Positions 17,975-25,379 of a stretch of DNA of 64,000 nucleotides are shown here, piece after piece. Below the pieces are notes generated by a model. That model did no database searches. It was not told where the DNA came from and worked only from the letters and a program-made list of their open reading frames with translations. Numbering within the stretch: the stretch's first letter is position 1; each line of letters opens with the position of its first letter. The DNA comes from an uncultured Eubacteriales bacterium (GTDB lineage: Bacteria > Acidobacteriota > Aminicenantia > Aminicenantales > Saccharicenantaceae): NCBI GenBank assembly GCA_964523615.1, contig CAZFZU010000001.1, forward strand, positions 27,063 to 91,062. The letters run 5' to 3'. Position numbers and translations under genes: made by a program.

Positions 17975-19843
17975 CTACTTCCCGTTCCGGCCGCCGGCGG
18001 GCTTGAAGAGCGACCGCAGGCCGGCGAACATGCCCCGGTCCGCGTACCGGTTGGCTTCGTTGAGGTCCTGATAGCCGCAGAGCCAGGTCGGCGCGGCGGC
18101 GTCCTTGGAACCGCCCGACCGCCGCAGCAGGGCCCCCAGCCCCAGCCCGGCCGCGAGGAGGGCCAGGACGAGGAGCGGGACGGCGGCCGCGCCGAGGCCT
18201 TTCAGCCCGACTCCCAGAGCCGCGGCCGGCCCGAGGCCGCCCGGCGCGTTCAAGGCGTCGGCCAAGAGGAAGCCCTCGGAGCGCCGCAGCACGGCCAGGG
18301 CCAGGCCGACCGAGAGGACCGGGAAGAGCCCCTGGACGAGGGCCAGGAGGACCAGGGCGACCTGGGGGACGAGCATCGATCCCGGGACCTCGCGGATGGG
18401 CCTCGCGGCGTGGTGCTCGGCCCCCGACGAGGTGAAGGCCATGCCGAAGAACTTGACGTAGCAGGCCAGGGTCACCGCGCTCGTGAACAGGGCCACGACG
18501 CCGAAGACGACCAATAAGAAGGTCGCCTCCCCCGCCAGGACCGAGCTCGAGACGATGGCCCACTTGCTGGCGAAGCCGCTGAAGGGCGGCATGCCGGCGA
18601 TGGACAGCGAGGCCAGGCCGGCGACGACGGCGCTCACGGGCATCAGGCGGATGAGCCCGCCGAGCCGGTTGAGGTCGCTCGTCCCGGTGGCGTAGAGGAT
18701 GCCGCCGCCCGTGAGGAAGAGGGCCTCTTTGAACACGGCGTGGTTGAGGGCGTGGTAGAGGGCCCCGACGGCGGCGGCCGCGGCCAGGACGAGCAGGCGG
18801 GCCTGGAGGCCGGCATCGGCGGTCGCGGCGGAGAAACCGGCCAAGCCGAGAGCGGCCCCGAGCGCCAGGACGATGTAGCCGATTTGGCCGATGGAGCTGA
18901 AGGCCAGGAGGCGCTTGGCGTCGCTCTGGAGCATGGCTTGGACGGTGCCGATGAGCAGGGTCGCCGCTCCGACGGCGGCCACGATCAGGCCCCAGGTCCG
19001 GGCGGAGAAGGCCGGGTTGGCGAGCGGGGCCAGGAACAGGAAGACCCGCATCAGGCCGAAGATGCCGGTCTTGCTCATGGCCGAGCTGAGCAGGGCGCCG
19101 ACCGGGGAGGGGGCCGCGGCGTAGGCCCCCGGCAGCCAGAGCTGGCCGAGGGGGAAGACGCCGGCCTTGAGCCCGAAGCCGGCGAGCAGAAGCCCGAAGA
19201 ACAGGGCCAGGGCCGGCCCGCCCGCGCCGGCCAGACGGCCGCCGATCTCCGGCAGAGTCTCGCCGAAGCGGTAGCCGCCGACGGCGAAGGGGGCGGCCAC
19301 GGCCAGCAGCCAGGCCAGTTCCATGAAGATCAGGAAGTCCCGGGCGGCCCGGGCCGTCCCCGGCCGATCGCGGTCGAACCGGACCAGGGCGTAGGCCGGC
19401 AGGGTCATGACCTGCCAGGCCAGGGTGAAGCCCAGGGCCAGGTCGTCCACGACGAGGACGGCGGCCATGCCGAGCAGGAAGAGCGGGAAGCAGGCGTAAT
19501 AGCCGCGCAGGTCGCGCCCCGGGAAGCGGTCCATATAGCGGATCGAATAGAGGGCGCTGGCCAGGCCCATGACGGCGACGACGGCCAGGAAGATGGCGGC
19601 CAGGCCGTCGACGAGGAGCGGCACGGAGACGGGCCCGAGGGAGACGGTCCGCGCGGCGTGGCCGGCATGGCCGAACAGGGCCTCGTAGCCGACCGTGAGC
19701 AGCAGGGCCGACGAGACCGCGACCAGGACCAGGTTGACCGTCCCCGCGAGGGCGCGCCGGCGCCCGGCAGCGAGCGCCGCGACCGCCGCCGCGGCCAGGG
19801 CGCCGAAGGCGGCGAAGAGGCGGACGAAGAGGTCAGCGGTCAT
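17975..19843 (-). CDS. hycC: Antiporter-like membrane subunit (HycC/NuoL-M-N family)
   Basis: About 622 aa from ATG 19843 (MTADLF...). The protein is polytopic, and its FSSIGQIGYIVLALG and NHAVFKEALFL blocks are typical of NuoL/M/N and HycC. Confidence 0.85.
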   Translation of the reverse strand: MTADLFVRLFAAFGALAAAAVAALAAGRRRALAGTVNLVLVAVSSALLLTVGYEALFGHAGHAARTVSLGPVSVPLLVDGLAAIFLAVVAVMGLASALYSIRYMDRFPGRDLRGYYACFPLFLLGMAAVLVVDDLALGFTLAWQVMTLPAYALVRFDRDRPGTARAARDFLIFMELAWLLAVAAPFAVGGYRFGETLPEIGGRLAGAGGPALALFFGLLLAGFGLKAGVFPLGQLWLPGAYAAAPSPVGALLSSAMSKTGIFGLMRVFLFLAPLANPAFSARTWGLIVAAVGAATLLIGTVQAMLQSDAKRLLAFSSIGQIGYIVLALGAALGLAGFSAATADAGLQARLLVLAAAAAVGALYHALNHAVFKEALFLTGGGILYATGTSDLNRLGGLIRLMPVSAVVAGLASLSIAGMPPFSGFASKWAIVSSSVLAGEATFLLVVFGVVALFTSAVTLACYVKFFGMAFTSSGAEHHAARPIREVPGSMLVPQVALVLLALVQGLFPVLSVGLALAVLRRSEGFLLADALNAPGGLGPAAALGVGLKGLGAAAVPLLVLALLAAGLGLGALLRRSGGSKDAAAPTWLCGYQDLNEANRYADRGMFAGLRSLFKPAGGRNGK

Positions 19844-20339
19844 GGCGATCCTCCGGGCGGGCGGGGGCCAGGGCGCCCAGGACGGCATCGCGCACGCCGG
19901 CGGCGGCCCGGGCCACGGCGGGCGTCAGGCCCTCGCCGAAGTCCAGGTCGGCGGGCACGATGCCGAGGAGAAAGGCCTCTTTGCCGGCGGCCGCGAGATA
20001 CTTGCCGCTGAGCGAGAGGGCCATTTTGTGGGTCGAGAAGCTCTCGGCCTCGGCCAGGTCGGCCAGGCGGCCGAAGACGACGGTCCCGGGCTCGCCCTCG
20101 GCGGCCACGGCGTCGACGAAGACGACGTTCCGGGCGGCGCCGCGGGCGATGGCCGGGACGAAGTTCTCGGGCACGTCCTGGGCGTCGACGAGATCCAAGG
20201 CGGAGGCGGCCGCGGTCCCGCGCAGGGCGGCCACGATCCAGGGGCCGACGCCGTCGTCCCGGCGCAGGGGGTTGCCGACGCCGACGAGACAGGCCGGGCC
20301 GCGGAGGACGTCGGCCAGGCGGGGGGCGCCGTCCGTCAT
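19833..20339 (-). CDS. hycI: Hydrogenase maturation endopeptidase (HycI family)
   Basis: 168 aa with GVGNPLRRDDGVGPW, DAQDVPENF and STHKMAL. The ATG overlaps the upstream stop (ATGA). Confidence 0.85.
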   Translation of the reverse strand: MTDGAPRLADVLRGPACLVGVGNPLRRDDGVGPWIVAALRGTAAASALDLVDAQDVPENFVPAIARGAARNVVFVDAVAAEGEPGTVVFGRLADLAEAESFSTHKMALSLSGKYLAAAGKEAFLLGIVPADLDFGEGLTPAVARAAAGVRDAVLGALAPARPEDRHDR

Positions 20340-21178
20340 ATCTGCTCTCCCAGGGTCTTGATCTGCTTGTAGGTGTAGACCGGGCCGTCCGTGCAGACGA
20401 GGGTCCGGCCGATGGCGCAGTGCTGGCACTTGCCGATGCCGCACTTCATGTGCCTCTCGAGCGTGGAGACGATGGCCTCGTCCTTGAGCCCGGCCGCCAG
20501 GAGCTCCTTGATGACCGAGTTGAACATCAGCGGCGGGCCGCAGACGAAGGCGACGGTGTCCCGGACCGGCACCTGGGCCGGCTTGACGAGCGTGTGGACG
20601 AAGCCGACGGGGCCCGTCCAGCCCGGCTCGGGGCGGTCGATGGTGAAGTAGGTCTCGAAGCCCTCGGTGGCCTTCCATCGGTCGATCATGTCCCGGTACA
20701 TCAGCTCCTTGGAGGAGCGGGAGCCGTAGATGAGGATGATGCGGCCGAAGTCCCGCCGGTGCTGGAGGACATGGACGATGGACGAGCGCAGCGGGATGAG
20801 CCCGATGCCGCCGGCGACGTAGACGACGTTCTTGCCCTTGATGGCCTCGAAGGGGAAGCCGTTGCCGAAGGGGCCGCGGATGCCGATCTTGTCCCCGGCC
20901 CCGAGCTCGTGGAGGGCCCGGGTGACCTTGCCCACCCGGCGGACCGACAGGTGGGGCCGGTCGCCCTCGGGGCTGAACGGCAGGGACACGGCGAACTCGC
21001 CGGCGCCGAAGACCGTGCACATGACGAACTGGCCGGACCGGATGCGGAAGTCCCGGGCGGCCTCCGGCCGCTCGAACGAGAAGTAGAAGGTGCGGACGTC
21101 CTCGATCTCGTCCCGGACCTCGTCGATGACGGCGACCTCGGGGACGGTGACGATGGCGCCGGGGTTCTGAGCGCTCAT
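20336..21178 (-). CDS. FAD/NAD(P)-binding [2Fe-2S] oxidoreductase, sulfhydrogenase gamma (HydG) / AsrB / PyrK-like
   Basis: 280 aa with a ferredoxin-reductase-type fold. Motifs are GPFGNGF, VYVAGGIGLIPLRS and the C-terminal cluster motif MKCGIGKCQHCAIG...C. Confidence 0.8.
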   Translation of the reverse strand: MSAQNPGAIVTVPEVAVIDEVRDEIEDVRTFYFSFERPEAARDFRIRSGQFVMCTVFGAGEFAVSLPFSPEGDRPHLSVRRVGKVTRALHELGAGDKIGIRGPFGNGFPFEAIKGKNVVYVAGGIGLIPLRSSIVHVLQHRRDFGRIILIYGSRSSKELMYRDMIDRWKATEGFETYFTIDRPEPGWTGPVGFVHTLVKPAQVPVRDTVAFVCGPPLMFNSVIKELLAAGLKDEAIVSTLERHMKCGIGKCQHCAIGRTLVCTDGPVYTYKQIKTLGEQI

Positions 21179-22242
21179 TTCGCGCCTGCCTTGGTGATCT
21201 CGCGCCGGATGTAGGTGACGACGTTGGCGATGCCGATGTCGCCGGGGCAGACCCGGTTGCAGCGGCCGCAGCCGACGCAGCCGGGCCGGAGGTATTTCTT
21301 GGACTGGGAATAGGACAGCTTGCAGAAGAAGCGCTTGTTGCGGCGGTCCTCGACGGGCTTGCGGGGATTGTGGTCGCCGGCCATGCGGGTGTAGCCCTCG
21401 AAGGAGCAGGAGTCCCAGGACCGCGTCCGGTCGGTCCGGCCGCCGTCCGCGGCCAGGTCCTCGACGTTGAAGCAGGAGCAGGTCGGGCAGACGAACGAGC
21501 AGGCCCCGCACTCGAAGCACTGGTCGCCGATGTACTCCCAGACCTCGTTGGCGATGAAGCCCATGGTGATGCGGTTCATGACCCGCGAGATCCAGGCCTT
21601 GTTCTCGGTGGCCTCGGCGTCGAAGCGGGCGATGGAGGCGTCGACGGCGGCCTTCTTGACGGCCGCGGCGTCCGGGCCGGCCTCGGCCAATCCCAGGCGG
21701 CGGGCCAGGGCCTCGCCCTTCTCGCTGCCGGCCTCGTAGAGGTAGCGGTCGCCGACGGCGGTCAGGGCGGCGTCGTAGCCCTCCCGGGCGGCCGGGCCGC
21801 TGTCCGTGCAGACGCAGAAGCACTGGGGGAAGGGCCGGACGCAGGTGTTGGCCAGGACGAACATCTTCTTGCGGTGGTCGCGGTAGACCTCGTCGACGTA
21901 TTCCTGGCCGAGGAAGAAGCGGTCCAGGCAGAGGAGGCCGTTGAGGTCGCAGGCCCGGATGCCGACCAGGGCCTTGGGCCGGACGAGGTCCTCGCGGACG
22001 ACGGCGGCCTGGCGCGTCTCCCGGTCGTAGCGGTAGGATAGGATCCGCTCGGCCTGGGGGAAGACGGCGTGCTTGGGCGGGTTGTAGGTGATGGGGGCGT
22101 CGAGACGGATCACGGCCGGGTCCTCGACCCGCTCGAACATGGGGTCGCCGCCGTCGGCCCGGACGACGGGGCCGTAGAGGTCGTGGTCGGCGGCCAGAGC
22201 GGCCAGGAGCGCGGCGACCCGGTCTCGGGGCAGGATGTACAT
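21175..22242 (-). CDS. Poly-[4Fe-4S] protein, sulfhydrogenase beta (HydB) / AsrA-like
   Basis: 355 aa from ATG 22242. CFECGACSFVCPTCSCF and CVGCGRCNRVCP are present. The overall layout is that of the AsrA/HydB family. Confidence 0.75.
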   Translation of the reverse strand: MYILPRDRVAALLAALAADHDLYGPVVRADGGDPMFERVEDPAVIRLDAPITYNPPKHAVFPQAERILSYRYDRETRQAAVVREDLVRPKALVGIRACDLNGLLCLDRFFLGQEYVDEVYRDHRKKMFVLANTCVRPFPQCFCVCTDSGPAAREGYDAALTAVGDRYLYEAGSEKGEALARRLGLAEAGPDAAAVKKAAVDASIARFDAEATENKAWISRVMNRITMGFIANEVWEYIGDQCFECGACSFVCPTCSCFNVEDLAADGGRTDRTRSWDSCSFEGYTRMAGDHNPRKPVEDRRNKRFFCKLSYSQSKKYLRPGCVGCGRCNRVCPGDIGIANVVTYIRREITKAGAK

Positions 22243-22244
22243 CG

Positions 22245-24203
22245 TCACACCTTCTCGATCCGCACGGGGATGGCCGATTCCTGGTCCTCGTCGATGGAGG
22301 TCCCGGCGGCGTTGAGGAAGCCCGGCACCATGTCCTCGATGAAGTACGGGACGTGGACGGTCCCGGGCCGGACGTCCTCGGAGACGCGGACGGCGACCCG
22401 CATCGAGCCGCCGGCGGCGACGACGTCGACGGGGGCGCGGTCGCGGAGGCCAAGCCGCTTGGCGTCGGAGGCCTCGACCTCGACGAAGCCCCGCGGGTAC
22501 AGGAGGAGCAGGGCGTTGTACTCCCGCTTGGGGATCTGGGTCTTCTTCATGATGTTGTTGCGGTGCCAGAAGTAGTTGGCCTTGCCGGCCATGAGCAGGA
22601 AGGGGAACTCGTCCGAGGCGGCCGGCACGGAGAAGTCGGCGCCGGGGGCGACGAAACGGAGGAGGCGGCCGGCGGAAGCGGCGTCGTAGCGGAGCGTGCC
22701 TTCCGGGCGGGCGGCGTCGACGGGCCACTGCAGGCCGTGGCCTTTCTCGAGCCCGGCGTAGGTGACGCCGGCGTAGGCCGGAACGGCCGCGGCGATCTCG
22801 GCCATGACGCCCTCGGCCGAGTCGACCGCCCAGCCGGCGCCGAGCTTGGCGGCCAGGTCGGCGTAGACGCGCCAGGCCGGGCGGACGCCGGCCGGGGGCT
22901 CGACCTTCTTGCGGTTGAGCTGGATGCGCCGCTCGGCGTTGGTGTAGGTCCCGTCGGTCTCCGCGGACGAGGCGGCCGGCAGGACGACGTGGGCGAACTC
23001 GGCGAAGGGGTTGGCGAAGGCGCCGATGTAGACGAGGCAGTCGAGGGCGCCGAGCTTGGCGGCGTGGCGGACGATCTCCTCGTCACGGTCGGCCACGACC
23101 AGGGCCTTGAGCGGCGTGGGCTCGGCCGCCAGCAGCTCGCGCGGCGTCCGGCCGGCCGCCGGGCCCTCGGCCCGGCGGTGGCCGGCGAGGAAGCGGTTCG
23201 AGGCGCCCACGTCCGTCCCTCCGAGGAGGTTGCAGATGCCCGTGACGGGGTTGACGCCGCAGCCCTCCCGGCCGACCTTGCCGGCGGCCAGGAAGAGGTC
23301 GAAGAGCAGGGCCGTGGAGGCCCGGTCGAGGCCGGCGATCCCGGAGGTGAAGAAGGCCATGGCCGTCGACGCCTGGGCCAGCCGCCGGGCCAGGTCCTCG
23401 ATCGTCGCGGGCTCGAGCCCGGCGGCCCCGGCCAGGGCGGCCAGGTCGAGGACGGCCAGGGAGCGGGCGAAATCGTCGAAGCCCTCGGTCCGCTCGCGGA
23501 CGAAGGCCTCGTCGTGCCAGCCGCGCTCGACGAGGACCTTGGCCAGGGCGGCCAGGACGTGCCGCAGGGTCCCCGGGCGGAGCCAGAGGTGGCGGCCGCT
23601 GAGCCGGGCGATCTGGGTCGAGCGCGCGCTCAGGGTGACGAGCTCGGACCCGCCCCGGGCGGCCCGGTGGATCTCGCTGCCGACGATGGGATTGAGCTTG
23701 GCGATGTCGGCCCCGGCGACCAGGATGAAGCCGGCCTTCCGGATCTCGGTCAGGCCGCCGGACATGGCCGGCCAGCCCGTGCCCTCGAGGAGGACGTCGG
23801 CGGCCTCGCCGTGCCCCTGGTCGGAGGCCAGGGCGATGTGGGGCGTGCGGAAGACCGAGCGGGCCAGCTGGGCCATGAGGAAGTTGTCCTCGTTGGAGGC
23901 CCGCGGCGAGGCCAGGAAGGCGATCTCGTCGCCGGAGTAGCGGCCCAGCCGGTCCGCGGCGTAGGTCAAAGCCTCATCGTAGGGGACCGTCTGGAGGCGG
24001 CCGTCGCGCCGGACGGCCGGCGAGACGATCCGGTCCCGCGTCGCCAGGAGCTCGTGGATGTGCCAGCCGCGGACGCAGAGACGTCCCCGGCTGACGGGGT
24101 GGCCGGGGGCGGCGAAAACGCCGCGGACGGCGCCGTCCCGGACGTCGAGCAGATGGCCGCAGCCGGTGCCGCAGAAGTTGCAGACCCCCGAGTGAGTGCT
24201 CAT
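22245..24203 (-). CDS. Molybdopterin-oxidoreductase family protein, FdhH-like (formate dehydrogenase alpha-like) with non-canonical active-site residues
   Basis: 652 aa. The N-terminal [4Fe-4S] motif is CNFCGTGCG...C. Blocks collinear with FdhH include RTEGFDDF, GVNPVTG and HVPYF. The ORF is uninterrupted, so there is no in-frame TGA and no selenocysteine. Confidence 0.8.
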   Translation of the reverse strand: MSTHSGVCNFCGTGCGHLLDVRDGAVRGVFAAPGHPVSRGRLCVRGWHIHELLATRDRIVSPAVRRDGRLQTVPYDEALTYAADRLGRYSGDEIAFLASPRASNEDNFLMAQLARSVFRTPHIALASDQGHGEAADVLLEGTGWPAMSGGLTEIRKAGFILVAGADIAKLNPIVGSEIHRAARGGSELVTLSARSTQIARLSGRHLWLRPGTLRHVLAALAKVLVERGWHDEAFVRERTEGFDDFARSLAVLDLAALAGAAGLEPATIEDLARRLAQASTAMAFFTSGIAGLDRASTALLFDLFLAAGKVGREGCGVNPVTGICNLLGGTDVGASNRFLAGHRRAEGPAAGRTPRELLAAEPTPLKALVVADRDEEIVRHAAKLGALDCLVYIGAFANPFAEFAHVVLPAASSAETDGTYTNAERRIQLNRKKVEPPAGVRPAWRVYADLAAKLGAGWAVDSAEGVMAEIAAAVPAYAGVTYAGLEKGHGLQWPVDAARPEGTLRYDAASAGRLLRFVAPGADFSVPAASDEFPFLLMAGKANYFWHRNNIMKKTQIPKREYNALLLLYPRGFVEVEASDAKRLGLRDRAPVDVVAAGGSMRVAVRVSEDVRPGTVHVPYFIEDMVPGFLNAAGTSIDEDQESAIPVRIEKV

Positions 24204-24381
24204 GCCAAAGGCTCCTCAGACTTGGCGGCCCGGATCTTCCCGGCCGGCGGGCCTCGACCGGACAGATGCGCGGCCGACGGGACACCTCGCCCTCTCGGCG
24301 GTCCATAGGGGCTTCGACGGAGAGCTTAGCTCGCGAGCCGCGCAGGGAATTCTATAGACGATAAGATACCAGAACGGCGCC

Positions 24382-24879
24382 CTAAAGTAAAGGTCCCCGG
24401 AGCTTCAGGCCGATGACGTACATAATATTGTAAAGATTGGAGATACCGCCGACGAAACGCTCCTTGACCAGGCCCTTGGGGATGTCGTCGATGACGGCCT
24501 TGAGGCCGTCGAGAGCGGCCTTGAGAGCCTCGTGGTCGGCCTGCAGGGCGGCGCGGCCGTCCGAGGCCGCGAGGGCCTCGGAGGACGGGCCGACCCGGGA
24601 GACGTCGTCGAACATCGCCCGGTAGGCCTCGCGCCGGGAGCGGGGCACGGCCAGGACGGCTTTCTCGATGAGGGCGGCCCGGGTCACGGCGTAGCCGATG
24701 AGGACCTCGGCGGCGTTGCGGTCCTGAGCCCGGTCGGGGTAGCGCTCGAAGTAGGCCTCGCCGAGGGCGATCATGTCGGCGCTTTCGAGCGGGAAGGCGC
24801 CGTCGAGGGCCCGGACGGCGCCGCGGAAGGCGCCGGCGTCGGGCTCGCGGCGGAAGAGATCGGCCAGGGAGACGGTCAT
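24382..24879 (-). CDS. Hypothetical protein (predicted all-alpha, 165 aa)
   Basis: The ORF has native codon bias and lies in the co-directional array. I recognise no motif. Confidence 0.55.
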   Translation of the reverse strand: MTVSLADLFRREPDAGAFRGAVRALDGAFPLESADMIALGEAYFERYPDRAQDRNAAEVLIGYAVTRAALIEKAVLAVPRSRREAYRAMFDDVSRVGPSSEALAASDGRAALQADHEALKAALDGLKAVIDDIPKGLVKERFVGGISNLYNIMYVIGLKLRGPLL

Positions 24880-24928
24880 GGGCCTTTCGGGAGCGTCCGG
24901 CCGGGCGGCGGCGCCGGCGGCCGGGGCG

Positions 24929-25306
24929 CTACTTGGCCTTGGCGTACCGGCCGATGACGGCCAGCAGCAGGTCGAAGTTGACGGGTTTCTGGAAGACGCC
25001 GCTGAAGCCGAACTCGGCCAGGCCGACGGTGGCCGCCGTGGCGTCGCCGATCGTGCTCAGCAGGAACACGGGCGTCCCGGGCCGCTCCGTCTTCATGATC
25101 TTGGTCACCTGGCCGCCCGAATCGATGTCCTCCATCATCATGTCGCAGAGGACGATGTCGGGGTTCGTCTTCCGGAAGGCCTCGAGGCCCTCCTTGCCGC
25201 TGAGGGCGGTGGCGGCCTCGAAGCCGCTGGCGTCGAGGATGGCCTTGACGGATTCGACGATGGCCGGGTCGTCGTCGATGATGAGCACCTTTTTCTTATC
25301 GCTCAT
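24929..25306 (-). CDS. Single-domain response regulator (CheY-like)
   Basis: The protein begins MSDKKKVLIIDDDP, with ...DIVLCDMMME... and ...FQKPV. It is 125 aa. Confidence 0.85.
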   Translation of the reverse strand: MSDKKKVLIIDDDPAIVESVKAILDASGFEAATALSGKEGLEAFRKTNPDIVLCDMMMEDIDSGGQVTKIMKTERPGTPVFLLSTIGDATAATVGLAEFGFSGVFQKPVNFDLLLAVIGRYAKAK

Positions 25307-25379
25307 GGTGTCCTCCGGGCGTCGTTCGGGAAGGTCCTTTATACCACATTCGTCCCCCGGGGGCCAAGCGGGACGGTCC

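Noticed and set aside
22245-24203. A selenocysteine-containing formate dehydrogenase with an in-frame TGA and a SECIS element.
   Set aside because: The 652-codon ORF is uninterrupted. The position aligned to Sec140 of FdhH is encoded by an ordinary Gly codon, so there is nothing to recode.
24204-24381. A sigma-54 or FNR-type promoter upstream of the FdhH-like gene, for example TGGTATCTTATCG on the minus strand.
   Set aside because: The GG/GC spacing does not fit the -24/-12 consensus. I could not find a convincing TTGAT-N4-ATCAA box. The promoter of the hydrogenase operon therefore remains unassigned.
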